Positions 18,940-29,403 of a stretch of DNA of 64,000 nt are shown in pieces. The notes under the pieces are model-generated. The model had not been told where the DNA came from. It ran no database searches and saw only the letters and a program-made list of their open reading frames with translations. Each line of letters opens with the position of its first letter. The first letter of the stretch is position 1. The translations under genes were made by a program, and so were the position numbers. The stretch comes from a bacterium (lineage in GTDB: Bacteria > SAR324 > NAC60-12). The stretch covers positions 128,001 through 192,000 of the forward strand of contig CBDDTI010000747.1 in assembly GCA_965233585.1 (NCBI GenBank), in the 5' to 3' direction.

Positions 18940-19986
18940 TTATTTTTTGGGTCTGCGATCGTTGGGTTGGTCAAAGTACTCCCATTTTGACCCATCAGGA
19001 AGTGTAGCGTCCATGTCAGTCAACGCACTGTACAAGTCAGGTCGTCGGTCTTTGATGTAATCGCTTTGTCCGTAGGGGTGAGTATATTCATAATCGCCGG
19101 GAATACAGTCAACAACAATCAAAGTCTCCACATTTTCTGCACGTGCAAGGTTATCTCCATAAGGGTCAGAAACCGCACTATTGCCCATGTAAACACCGCT
19201 TAAATCACCATTAGTCCGCCATTCCCACAAAGCACGATTACTATATGCGGCAAAAACCTTGTTTTGTCTGGCATTAGCAGGAATCACTTGCAATGTCGCA
19301 TCAGGATAAGCCCACATGCTCCAAGAATCATCAGGAAGTTTGACGCCAACATCTGCCGCAGTTGGCATGACAATGAGTTGAGCGCCTTTGAGAGCAAGGA
19401 TACGATAAAGGTCTGCAAACTCTGCTTCATAGCAGTTCAACAGTCCAACATTGATTCCGTTGACTGGAGCAACAGGATAGGCGTCTTTATGCTCATCTTT
19501 ATCAGCATAGCCAAAATGCCAGTTTGCTCGTTCGCAATCACCCCAAAGCGATGTTTTACGGTAGTTTGCCAAAAATGAACCATCTTGGTCATACATGATG
19601 ATGGAATCATAATAACGAGTCTCACCATTCCTCACTTCTTTTTCTGCATAAGACATGACAATTCCCATTTGATGCTCTTTGCCAACTTCTGCCATACGTT
19701 TCAAACGTGGGTCATCTTGGGTGACACCTACATTTTCAATATCGCCCGGCAGAATGTTGTAACCGCAAAAATAAAGTTCAGGGAACACCATTAACTGAAC
19801 ACCATGCTTTGCACCAATCGCCACGCTTTTTTTAAAAAGCTCAAAGTTTCTCTCAATCGCCTCTGCATCACCGACCCAAGCACTAATCTGGTGCATTCCT
19901 AGACGGATTCCTTCACCCTTTTTGGGAGCTTCTGCTCCACCGACTTTTTTTCTAATGACCGGGAAGTCAAACTGAAATTGTCCCAT
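18940..19986 (-). CDS. Carbon-nitrogen hydrolase (nitrilase superfamily) amidohydrolase
   Basis: Catalytic triad context FPELY, YRKT, NCYE; RRPDLY. Confidence 0.85.
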   Translation of the reverse strand: MGQFQFDFPVIRKKVGGAEAPKKGEGIRLGMHQISAWVGDAEAIERNFELFKKSVAIGAKHGVQLMVFPELYFCGYNILPGDIENVGVTQDDPRLKRMAEVGKEHQMGIVMSYAEKEVRNGETRYYDSIIMYDQDGSFLANYRKTSLWGDCERANWHFGYADKDEHKDAYPVAPVNGINVGLLNCYEAEFADLYRILALKGAQLIVMPTAADVGVKLPDDSWSMWAYPDATLQVIPANARQNKVFAAYSNRALWEWRTNGDLSGVYMGNSAVSDPYGDNLARAENVETLIVVDCIPGDYEYTHPYGQSDYIKDRRPDLYSALTDMDATLPDGSKWEYFDQPNDRRPKK

Positions 19987-20022
19987 AATTCTCCATAAAT
20001 TAAGAATGATTAAAAATAAAAA

Positions 20023-21552
20023 TTAAAGCCTGCCTGCATCAAACATAGATCTACGTTTACGACCGCTTTGAAAGCGATCCACGACTTGTTCCATGTTTTG
20101 AACGAGCTGATAAAGTTTGTCTCCTGTAATATTTTGCCTCACAACAATTCTCAGGACGTCCATGCCGTCAGGTTCTTCATGGTCATGTGTGGGGAGTTGA
20201 TAAGTTGGGATAGTCCAGCCAAAGGTTCGGAGTCCATCAGAAAGCTCTTTCATTGTCCAACCTCTTTCCCCGTGCCTCCATTTTAGAACGATGATGGGAT
20301 AGTGGTCTAAGTCGCTGATATTTTCAAACCATTGGTCTAAGATTTGGCTTTTCTCAAGGTCGCTTACAAACTTTCTTGCCCTTGCGACGCTGCTGCAAAT
20401 CACAGAACGATACCCCTCCAAACCTAGACGCAAAAAATTGTAATACTGCATCAAGATTGCATAAGTTCCCCTTGAGAAGTTGACGGTGTAGTCATAAAAA
20501 TTCCCTCCCAAGTAGGTGATGCGATAAATCAAACTTTGGTCAACCACTTGGCTATTGCGAAAAATCACAGTTCCAAGACCCGGATAAACTAATCCAAATT
20601 TGTGATTGGAAATGTTAATGGATCTAGCACGAGGCACATCACGAAAATTAAACTTCACATCATTTGGTCCCCCGTTGTTAGTAAAAGGCAAAGTAAAACC
20701 GCCACTTCCTGCATCTACGTGAATTGGAATGTCAAGCTGAAGCTCCTTTTGCTCTTCACAATAGCGATCTATTGCGTCAGACGCACCTTTCACATCATCT
20801 GAATTGCCTGTAAATGTTGTAGCGGTTGCACAGCCAACAGCCATGACTAATTCCCCAACCGTTCTATTTTGCAAATTTTCCAAGTATTCTTCAGGATACT
20901 CACAAAACTCAACAATTTGGTCTCTGTAAGGACTATCCTCAATCGTGCTAGACAACACTTCGTAAACATCATCTTCTGTCATGATGAACTTATCATCATC
21001 AAGAGGAATGTATAAAACGCCTGCATCAAAGTAACGACCAAATTTATCCCAACAGGTGTGCATGTGTGTTGTAATCACCACAAAACATCGGTCATAACGA
21101 CTACTTTGGGGATTCAGACGAATTTGCTTAGACCAGTTTTTTTTATGGGCAATCAGACTCAGCATGATAGCCTCAGACGAACCAATCGTTGTTGAGCCGT
21201 AGTAGCCTCTGGCATGATTGGGGTCTGCATCTTTGGCAGTAAACTCCACACCATACCAATTCCCCATCATCCAGATAATCCTTTTTTCAATCATGTTAGA
21301 TTGAGGGTATTCCTCGTGGTTGATGAAATTTTTATCAAGATGCTCTACACCAATACGTGTCCCCCATTCGTCCATCCATGTATTGACAAATGTTGCCAAG
21401 TTTAAAGAGGGGCTGCCATCAAAATGAAGCTCTTCTTGAATCAGCTGATAAGCTGATTCAGGCTCCATAGAAGACTCAGGGATTCTGGTATGAGAGGAAA
21501 CTTGTTGAAATTCTTTGCGAGAATAAAGCGGAGTGAGATAAGTATCGGTCAT
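20023..21552 (-). CDS. PLP-dependent decarboxylase, glutamate decarboxylase-like
   Basis: NLATFVNTWM, STTIGSSEA, HVDAGSGGF, SINISNHKFGLVYPG (PLP Lys), NFSR. Confidence 0.85.
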   Translation of the reverse strand: MTDTYLTPLYSRKEFQQVSSHTRIPESSMEPESAYQLIQEELHFDGSPSLNLATFVNTWMDEWGTRIGVEHLDKNFINHEEYPQSNMIEKRIIWMMGNWYGVEFTAKDADPNHARGYYGSTTIGSSEAIMLSLIAHKKNWSKQIRLNPQSSRYDRCFVVITTHMHTCWDKFGRYFDAGVLYIPLDDDKFIMTEDDVYEVLSSTIEDSPYRDQIVEFCEYPEEYLENLQNRTVGELVMAVGCATATTFTGNSDDVKGASDAIDRYCEEQKELQLDIPIHVDAGSGGFTLPFTNNGGPNDVKFNFRDVPRARSINISNHKFGLVYPGLGTVIFRNSQVVDQSLIYRITYLGGNFYDYTVNFSRGTYAILMQYYNFLRLGLEGYRSVICSSVARARKFVSDLEKSQILDQWFENISDLDHYPIIVLKWRHGERGWTMKELSDGLRTFGWTIPTYQLPTHDHEEPDGMDVLRIVVRQNITGDKLYQLVQNMEQVVDRFQSGRKRRSMFDAGRL

Positions 21553-21556
21553 GGAT

Positions 21557-22615
21557 TTATTGAACTTGAAAAACAGGCTTAAAATATTTTGGGGCTAAAA
21601 AGTTTTCGCGTGGGAAAAGACCTAAAGTATCGGCATTGATGACGTAGATTTCTGGACCAACATGCCTCAATACAGGTTTGCCTTCCAGCACTCTGACAGC
21701 TTGGTCAATCGCAATTTTGCCTTGTATGACAGTAGAGTCTGTTGGAGATGCCACGACACTACCTTGAGAAATGGCATCGTAAACGAAGGGAGTTAGGTAG
21801 TAAGACAAGACTTTGATGTTTTCAGAACGATTGACCTCTTGCAAATACTTTACTGCTACCTCTGCAGTCACAGCAGAACCAACAATGTAATCTACATCAG
21901 GAGTCTTTTTTAGGACATCTTTCAAGAGGTCTAATTGTTCTTGATTGCTTAAACCACCATAGTTAACAGAGGTGATGGAAACAGCCCCCTTGCTTGTTGA
22001 AGCTGTAAAACCCTTATGAGCAGCACTGACAAAACCTGCCCCTTTGGGTCCAGGAAACCATGCAATATTGACATTGTTAAACCCTTTAGGATGCCTTAAA
22101 ACAAGGTAGTCTCCCACACTCCTACCCATATCTACAAATGACACCAATGATTTGGCAGACATTTGTCTTGTGGACATGCCGTTGATCATATCCACCACCA
22201 CAATTCCACTTGAACGTAGCTGACCAACCAGCCCATTTAAACCATCATACGAAATCGCTCCGACAATCACTGCGGCTGCATTCTTTGAACAATCCTTGAT
22301 TTGTTGAATCTGAACAGGTAGATTGCCATACCCTCCAGCTTCTACAAGATTGATCTTGACGCCAAGCCTCCTTGCTTCCTCTACAATCCCATAATTCACT
22401 GACACCCAATAAGCATCTTGCATGTGAGGAAACGAAACGCAGATTTTCCAAGCAGAAGTCGCTTTTGTCAAAGGACGATACTTGATTCCGATGTTCGGGC
22501 TTTCAGAGTTAAAAGGAGGATGCCAAACTCGGATATCATAATCCCATGAATTAGCCCAAACTCCCATATTCAACCAGCTGAAACCCAAGATCAATAAGCC
22601 AATTTTCAATAACAT
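21557..22615 (-). CDS. torT: TorT-like periplasmic binding protein
   Basis: Signal peptide; WKICVSFPHMQDAYWVSVNYG, EAGGY, WFPGP, PTDS.V.QG.IAIDQAVR.LEG. Confidence 0.8.
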   Translation of the reverse strand: MLLKIGLLILGFSWLNMGVWANSWDYDIRVWHPPFNSESPNIGIKYRPLTKATSAWKICVSFPHMQDAYWVSVNYGIVEEARRLGVKINLVEAGGYGNLPVQIQQIKDCSKNAAAVIVGAISYDGLNGLVGQLRSSGIVVVDMINGMSTRQMSAKSLVSFVDMGRSVGDYLVLRHPKGFNNVNIAWFPGPKGAGFVSAAHKGFTASTSKGAVSITSVNYGGLSNQEQLDLLKDVLKKTPDVDYIVGSAVTAEVAVKYLQEVNRSENIKVLSYYLTPFVYDAISQGSVVASPTDSTVIQGKIAIDQAVRVLEGKPVLRHVGPEIYVINADTLGLFPRENFLAPKYFKPVFQVQ

Positions 22616-23053
22616 AAACCTCCTTCAATCAAGGCACAGTCAATAAACAAACTGACGATTCTGACATAGTCATCAACCGTTGTAAAGTCTCTTATTCGTG
22701 AAAAAACTTTTAAATCTGCAAATTCAAGAAAAAGCACAGCCTAAATTTGCAATTTTGGCAACGCAGGTGTTTTAGGTTTGACAAACAGGAGTATCTTTCG
22801 TCAAAGACTTGTTTGGTAGAATGCCCGTTTTCTTGCGTATCCTAAATGGTCATCAGATTCTCATCTTGCTGCTTAACCTCAAATCGTCTAGTATGTTGCG
22901 TTTCAAGATGCTCTTTTTCCAAATCATCTAAATTCAAATGGCATGATTATTCTCGCATCAGCTTTTCATGCTTCTTTTCTCTCTGGATTGACTGTTGGAA
23001 AAAGTAACAAGAAAAAACTCTGACAAAATTATTTTTACTCTAGCAAGATTTTA

Positions 23054-23725
23054 GTGATTTATTTAAGAGGTATAGAAAAAACCTTTCAAGATGGCAAATC
23101 TCAACGCGTGTTGTTCCAAGACTTAGACTTTACGGTAGAGTCAGCTCAGAAAGTTGCCATTACAGGGGCAAGTGGAAGTGGAAAAACAACCCTGCTCTAT
23201 CTGCTAAGTGGTTTGGAACAACCGCAAAAAGGGACAATCCAAATTGGTTCACTGGAAATGACTCAGCTTTCTGAAAAAGAAAGGACGCTCTTCCGTAGAA
23301 AATCGGTCGGGTTTGTCTTTCAATCTTTTCATCTCATTGAGTATCTTTCGGTTCAAGACAACATTTTAGTCCCATTAGAGTTAAATCAGATGGAACTAAA
23401 ACAAGACCACTTTCTTTCATTGGTTCAGACCTTAAAACTTCAAAACCTCCTCTATCGTTATCCCACAACACTTTCTGGTGGCGAAAAACAAAGAGTTGCC
23501 ATTGCCAGATCATTGATTCATCAGCCATCTTTTGTCCTAGCTGATGAACCGACAGGCAGTTTAGATGCAAAAACAGCAGAAGAAACTTTAGAAATGTTGC
23601 AAAACGTTGCCAGACTCTTTCAACAAACTTTAATTATTGTCACGCATAGTCCAAAAACTCTTGACTATGTGGATACTGTTTTTCATTTGGAAGACCAAAA
23701 GCTCAAACAAACGCAATCATTATGA
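23054..23725 (+). CDS. ABC transporter ATP-binding protein (LolD/MacB-like)
   Basis: GASGSGKT, GFVFQSFHL, LSGGEKQR, ADEPTGSLD. Confidence 0.9.
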   Translation: MIYLRGIEKTFQDGKSQRVLFQDLDFTVESAQKVAITGASGSGKTTLLYLLSGLEQPQKGTIQIGSLEMTQLSEKERTLFRRKSVGFVFQSFHLIEYLSVQDNILVPLELNQMELKQDHFLSLVQTLKLQNLLYRYPTTLSGGEKQRVAIARSLIHQPSFVLADEPTGSLDAKTAEETLEMLQNVARLFQQTLIIVTHSPKTLDYVDTVFHLEDQKLKQTQSL

Positions 23726-26220
23726 ATTTTGTTTGGAAGACAATGCTTTTGTTTTATAAAAAGCATTACTTTTACTGGCTTTTGATGATTTTTAGTTTGT
23801 CAGTCGGAGTAGGTGTTGTCGTCAGTGTGGATTCTACAATCTACAGCATCTTCAAAGCATTAGAAATTCAAGATGATTACTTGATGGGTAAAGCAACACA
23901 TTCTATGATTTCTCCAACTCAAAATATTCCTGAAACTTTTTATCAAAGTTTAAAACTAAATTCGGGAGAAATCATTGCAACACCTTGGATCAGTGGCAAA
24001 ATTAAGTGGCAAAATCAAGATTGGAATTTAATAGGAATAGAACCCATTCAAGAAATTAAATTAAGAAACCATTGGTTCAATAGTAAAAGTGACTTCCAAA
24101 TCATTGACTTCTTCAAAAAACCTAATGCCACAGTCATCATTCAACAAAATCCATCTCAACTAGAATCCAATGAAATTCAGATTTTAGGTGTGACAAACAA
24201 GCATACTTTACACGTCATTGATGTCATTCAAAAGCCTTCTATCCAAGAATTAGATCAAACCTTGCTCGTTGATATTGGTACCGCACAAACTATTTTAAAC
24301 CAAGAAAAAACAATTCAGAGAATTGACTTAATTCTTAAAAATCAAAAAGAATTTCAAAGGGTTTCACAGTGGTTAAAAACATACCCTTCTGACATAAGTC
24401 TGCAAGAGGTACAACAAAATTTTCAAGAATCACAAACCTTAATTTCTGCATTCAAAATGAATTTACAGGCATTAAGTTTAATCGTTGTTATAGTAGGTTG
24501 TTTTGTGATTTTGAATACAATGTATTTTTTGATTTTGAAACGTAAGGAGGTTTTAGAAATTTATTATACTTTAGGAATGACGAAAGCAGAGATATTGCGT
24601 TCTTTGCTAGGTGAGGCACTTCTTTTAGGAATCATTGGTTCGGGGCTTGGTACTGTTTTGGGTAGAGTTTTTAGCCACTTTTTGATCACACAAGTAACGC
24701 AAAATATTAATGATCATTTTTTTGAGGTCAGTGTCAATCAAATTTACTTTCATCAGTTTGATTTTATCAAAGCGTATTTGATTGGTATTTCTGCTTCTTT
24801 AGTGGCTACCCTTTTACCTGCATGGGATATTAATAAAAAAATCACAGGTCAGACATTCTCTCAACAAACTAAACATACGACACTGCCTCAGTCTTCTTTT
24901 AAAATCGTGATTTATGGATTGCTATTTTTTCTTTTAGGCTTTTACTTAGCATCTCATACTTCAATTGCTCTGCAATGGAACATTGTTGGTTTTTTTCTTC
25001 AGTTTTTAGGGATACTTTGCTTTTTTCCAACATTGAGTCATTCCATCTTTTTAGTTGCTCAAAAATATAGTCAAAAATCATTCTGGTTAAAATGTTTATT
25101 TGCAACACTCTTGTATTCTTCCACAAGAATCCGAATACTTTGCATTGCAGTCATTTTGGCATTAGCAACAATGATTGCAGTAGAAACGATGACTTCTAGT
25201 TTTAGAAAAACTTTTGTTGAAGTAATGAACCAGACAGTTCAAGGAGACTTCTATGTGTTTCATCGCTTATCACAAAAGACTTTTATTCTACCAAACTGGT
25301 TAGTAGATTTTCAAAACAATGAAAAAGTAAAAACAATCACGACTTACTTTTTGACTCAAACTACTTATCAAGAAAAAAACTATCCTCTCTATGTTTATGA
25401 TGTTTTAAGAGGGGACGACTTTCAAGGTCAGATTTTAAAAAACCCACCATTGCAACTGAAAAATAATAACTTGCCCCAAGTAAAAGTCTCAGAAGTCTTG
25501 CAAAATAGACTTCAAATGATGCAAGGAGATGTCATCAGTCTAGCAACCGATCAAGGAACAGTGAATTTTTTTGTAGCAAATATCTTTTATGATTATGCCT
25601 ATCCTCAGGGTCTTATCTCAATAGATGCAAAAACCTACCATCAATATTGGCAAGGAAACCCCCAAGAAGTCAACGGCTTTGCCTTAGAATGGCAAGACAA
25701 CACTCAGCAAAATCCACTTGCCAATCAATTCATCAAAAAGCTAGACAATATGGAAACTTTGGAATGGAAAAATCACCAGATGATTAAACAAGCCGCATTA
25801 AAAATTTTTGACAGAACTTTTGCAATTACTGCTGTTCTTAAAACAATCGTTGTGATTGTGGCATTAATTGGAATGTTAAGTACATATTTTTTACTGCAAT
25901 TTGAGAATTTAAGCACGTTCGGTCTTTTTAGAGTTATGGGGGTTAGCTCTCAACAAGTGACAGGTTTTATGATATTGGAGTCTCTTATATTGGGAGGAAT
26001 GCTAGGTTTTTTGTCATGGCTGCCGGGGATTTGGCTGTCGTGGATTTTGGTGGACTTTATCAACGTCAAAGCCTTTGGCTGGAGTTTTCAATGGCAAATA
26101 GACATGGGGATTTTGTGGCAAGCATTGTTTTTAAACCTTATTGCAACATTATGTGCGGTTTCTATTCCTAGCTGGTATGTCTCTCAAAAAATGCCAATCC
26201 ATTTGGTGCATCATGAATAA
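23722..26220 (+). CDS. FtsX-like ABC permease (two permease modules)
   Basis: 832 aa with two sets of TM clusters and periplasmic loops; overlaps the ATPase stop. Confidence 0.85.
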   Translation: MNFVWKTMLLFYKKHYFYWLLMIFSLSVGVGVVVSVDSTIYSIFKALEIQDDYLMGKATHSMISPTQNIPETFYQSLKLNSGEIIATPWISGKIKWQNQDWNLIGIEPIQEIKLRNHWFNSKSDFQIIDFFKKPNATVIIQQNPSQLESNEIQILGVTNKHTLHVIDVIQKPSIQELDQTLLVDIGTAQTILNQEKTIQRIDLILKNQKEFQRVSQWLKTYPSDISLQEVQQNFQESQTLISAFKMNLQALSLIVVIVGCFVILNTMYFLILKRKEVLEIYYTLGMTKAEILRSLLGEALLLGIIGSGLGTVLGRVFSHFLITQVTQNINDHFFEVSVNQIYFHQFDFIKAYLIGISASLVATLLPAWDINKKITGQTFSQQTKHTTLPQSSFKIVIYGLLFFLLGFYLASHTSIALQWNIVGFFLQFLGILCFFPTLSHSIFLVAQKYSQKSFWLKCLFATLLYSSTRIRILCIAVILALATMIAVETMTSSFRKTFVEVMNQTVQGDFYVFHRLSQKTFILPNWLVDFQNNEKVKTITTYFLTQTTYQEKNYPLYVYDVLRGDDFQGQILKNPPLQLKNNNLPQVKVSEVLQNRLQMMQGDVISLATDQGTVNFFVANIFYDYAYPQGLISIDAKTYHQYWQGNPQEVNGFALEWQDNTQQNPLANQFIKKLDNMETLEWKNHQMIKQAALKIFDRTFAITAVLKTIVVIVALIGMLSTYFLLQFENLSTFGLFRVMGVSSQQVTGFMILESLILGGMLGFLSWLPGIWLSWILVDFINVKAFGWSFQWQIDMGILWQALFLNLIATLCAVSIPSWYVSQKMPIHLVHHE

Positions 26221-27376
26221 ACAGCCGCTTTATATTCAACTGCTAGTGACTACTAGTTTGTTTTCTTTGTTGCTGATCTTTCCTCTATTTTACTTTCAGG
26301 AATCCAACAAATCACTCTCAGACCAAGAGTGGTCTCTTCAAGAGACTCTAGGCACAGCTTCAGATGATGACCTCTTCCAAAAAGCAGAAACACCTGTCAA
26401 CTTTCAATTTCCCAAAGATCATGGAGGACATCGTCAGTTTCGCAACGAGTGGTGGTATTGGGTTGGGCATTTGAGAACAAGAGAAGGTCGTGAATTTGGT
26501 TATCAGTGGACAATTTTCCGCACCTCTCTTTTTCCTCAAGATTCCGCACAAGCCCAATCATCTCCTTGGCAATCACAATCTATGTATATGGGACACTTTG
26601 CCGTTTCTGACATGCAAGAAAACAAATTTTATTCCTTTGAACGTTTTTCAAGAGAATCACTGGGTCTGGCAGGGGTGCAAATACAACCCTTTCAGCTTTG
26701 GTTGGAAGATTGGAAATTAGCAGAAAACCCAAAAAAACCTTTGCAATGGACATTGCAAGTGCAACAACAAGGCTTGGCGTTGAATCTTCATTTTCAAATG
26801 GACACACAACTCATCTTGCAGGGTCGTCAAGGTTTAAGCCAAAAAGGTTCTCAACTAGGCAATGCCTCTTATTACTATTCATTGCCACGCGTCCAAACTC
26901 AAGGCACAGTCTCTATTCAAGAAGAGACATTTGAGGTGGTTGGTGAAAGTTGGCAAGACCGAGAATGGAGTACAAGCTCTTTGGAAAAGGGTTTGGAAGG
27001 TTGGGATTGGTTCGCTATTCAACTTGCATCAGGGGAAAACATTATGGTCTATCTACTCAGAAAACGAGACCAATCCAAAAGCCGTTGGAGTTCTGGCATT
27101 TTTATTAGAAATCAACAAACACAATCTTTGACAGCAGAAGATTTTCAGATTGACGTTTTAGAAACATGGACTAGCCCTAAAACAAATAAAACCTATCCTT
27201 CTGGCTGGTTGCTCAAAATTCCAAAAGAGCAACTGACATTGACAATCATGCCTAAAATGAAGCATCAAGAACATCTTTTTCAATTTCATTACTGGGAAGG
27301 TGCAGCTGACGTTCAAGGTACATTGCAAGACCAAGACACAACAGGCAATGCTTACGTGGAACTTGTTGGATACTGA
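26213..27376 (+). CDS. AttH/CrtC-like lipocalin-domain protein
   Basis: FPKDHGGH.....EWWY, ASYYYSLPR, W.DREWS, GWDWF, YWEG, YVELVGY. Confidence 0.85.
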   Translation: MNKQPLYIQLLVTTSLFSLLLIFPLFYFQESNKSLSDQEWSLQETLGTASDDDLFQKAETPVNFQFPKDHGGHRQFRNEWWYWVGHLRTREGREFGYQWTIFRTSLFPQDSAQAQSSPWQSQSMYMGHFAVSDMQENKFYSFERFSRESLGLAGVQIQPFQLWLEDWKLAENPKKPLQWTLQVQQQGLALNLHFQMDTQLILQGRQGLSQKGSQLGNASYYYSLPRVQTQGTVSIQEETFEVVGESWQDREWSTSSLEKGLEGWDWFAIQLASGENIMVYLLRKRDQSKSRWSSGIFIRNQQTQSLTAEDFQIDVLETWTSPKTNKTYPSGWLLKIPKEQLTLTIMPKMKHQEHLFQFHYWEGAADVQGTLQDQDTTGNAYVELVGY

Positions 27377-27417
27377 CCTCAATTTTTGTTGTTGAGTCTT
27401 GCCCTCAAAATCATTTT

Positions 27418-28588
27418 CTAAAAAATGAAACGTCCAGTCATTTCAAAACCTGATGAATCAAAAGTACCACTGGTTAAAAGTCCGTAACTGAACCGAACCA
27501 TTGCAATCGCAGATGGAGACAAAGCTATGCCAATCGTTTTGCTTGTTTCGTGATAGCTGTCAGTGTCAGTTTCATCAACGGTTTGAGACGCTACATTTTT
27601 TGCACCATAGTCCCCAAAAATGATAAGTTGCTTGGAGATTTGTCGTTCTGCATCAATTTTGTAACCCGATGAAGCTGCTGTTGCAGAATCCTCATTGTTT
27701 GATTCAGAGATGAAGGACAACTCAAATTGAGTTTGAGGATCCAAGTTTTTCCCAAAGAAAAAACTGAGAATATCTCCGTTACCTCTGCGATCCTTAGAGG
27801 ACATTTCGGCAAGAGTGGAGTCATCTGACATGGACTTCATTTTCATTGTACACGTCTTTTTAGAGCTGACTTTAGGGGTCAAGATAGCACCAAGAGTAAA
27901 CCCTTGTTCTAACTCAACTGCACCACCAAAACTTAAAACAAAAAAGTTATGACTGACGTCACATGGTGTGATTTTAAGCTCTTCATCTGTGAATTTGAAT
28001 TTGACGCTGGAATAAATCTGCTTTCGTGTGAAGCTGAAAAGTAAACGTTTTGATTCCTCCAGTAGATAGTCCACAAAGACTCCCATATCTGTGTTTTGCT
28101 GTTCTGCTGTTCCAACAAGAGTATCAGAGGAAGACTCCATTTCCATTTTTATCTGGGAATAACTAGCAGACAACAAAAGAGGGTCAGAGAAGCGTCCGTA
28201 GTATGAAAACTGCACACCTTTTGTTGGTTGATATTCTGTGTCCTCATCATGAGAATTTGTTTGAAGCTGTGTATAAGCTGCTGAAATGGCATGTCTTTCT
28301 TTGATTTTAGAAGTTTTTAAGTCAAACATCGTGCCTTGATTGGCTAGAGGGGTGAGCATAACAGGCTCAGCATGTGAAAAGCCACACCAGATAGAGGAGA
28401 GGAAAAATGGAAGAAACCAGAGCAACGAGGATTTGGCAGTAAAATCAGATTTTTTAGAAAAACTCAAAAAATCTGTATTTTTGCTTGACTTTTGAAAAAT
28501 CTGATTTAGCCTACAATAGATTGCGGATTGCGGATTGCGGATTGCGGATTGCGGATTGCGGATTGCGGATTGCGGATAAATTTTGCAT
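27418..28588 (-). CDS. Predicted exported/outer-membrane beta-rich protein; 5' frame set by a heptamer repeat (out of frame here)
   Basis: Signal-like segment (LLWFLPFFLSSIWCGFSHA), alternating beta strands, C-terminal Phe. ORF track starts at TTG 28467; ATG 28588 joins this frame with 7 or 10 repeat units. Confidence 0.6.
28519..28577. repeat. Perfect microsatellite (GATTGCG)x8 plus GAT
   Basis: Read directly from the sequence. Confidence 0.98.
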
Positions 28589-28771
28589 GGTACCTAGTTG
28601 AAATAAAATTAAAATAACAAAATAAGCCAATCTTAACGAATTAGGTAATCATCTCAATTAGCAGGGAATTTAGTCTCGTATAAGATAAAAAAAGAGTCAA
28701 GTAAGAAATGTCAAGTCTCACAGCCTTGACAAAGCCTTATCATTCCTTGAGTCAAACGACTTTTGTTTTTT

Positions 28772-28941
28772 GAGATTCCGCATCAAGTGCGGAATGACTG
28801 AGAGGTTTTGTAGGCGTGTCTTTTCGTCATTGCGTGCTTGTGTTTCCGTCATTGCGTGCTTGACCCGCAATCTCTCTTGTTTTCTATCCGCGTCATCGCT
28901 CACTTTGAAAACTGTCATTGCTGACCTTGACCCGCAATCTC
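28772..28941. repeat. Cluster of about 27-bp palindromic REP-like repeats
   Basis: GAGATTCCGCATCAAGTGCGGAATGAC (28772), GTCATTGCGTGCTTGACCCGCAATCTC (28848), variant at 28914. Confidence 0.9.
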
Positions 28942-29320
28942 TCTTTTTTTTCTTAAAACACAGGACAAACACTTGGGTTTGTCCCTACTCTGCCACCTGC
29001 TTGCTTTTCATCATTTTTCTGTTTTTTGACCTCCCAATCTGCTTACTTTTCAGATTTTTTTGAAAAATCTTCAAAATTTCTCAAAATTCCTTAAATTTTT
29101 TTCAAAACCCCTCAAACCCTCATCTTTCCTGACTTCCTGATCTTCCTCTTTTGACAAAAAATCTTCAAAATTCCTTAAAAAACTAAAAAATGACCCAAAA
29201 ATTAAAAACGTTGGCTTGTTTTTTTTTTTGTACGTGCATAATGCCCGTTTTGGCTTTTCGCAAAACTCTCATCTTGAAAACAAATGAGGTTTTCATTTCA
29301 AGAGAAGAGTTTTTGGTGTG

Positions 29321-29352
29321 ACAGCACCCGCAGGGGGTGCTGTTGTTTTGTT
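29321..29352 (+). terminator. Intrinsic terminator-like hairpin in the leader of the FN3-Kelch gene
   Basis: ACAGCACCC-gcagg-GGGTGCTGT followed by TGTTTTGTT. Confidence 0.5.
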
Positions 29353-29403
29353 AATTTTTTCATTTGTTCATCTCATTCAATTTTGTTTAATAGGTAGGTT
29401 TTT

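Noticed and set aside
28718..29063. ORFs 28718-28972 and 28770-29063 (also 32465-33006 and 41624-41856)
   Set aside because: They are translations of the palindromic repeat clusters with no independent coding evidence.
29040..29200. Repeated AAAATCTTCAAAATT-like words as iterons or an origin
   Set aside because: Irregular low-complexity AT-rich sequence; no rep or dnaA gene and no regular spacing.
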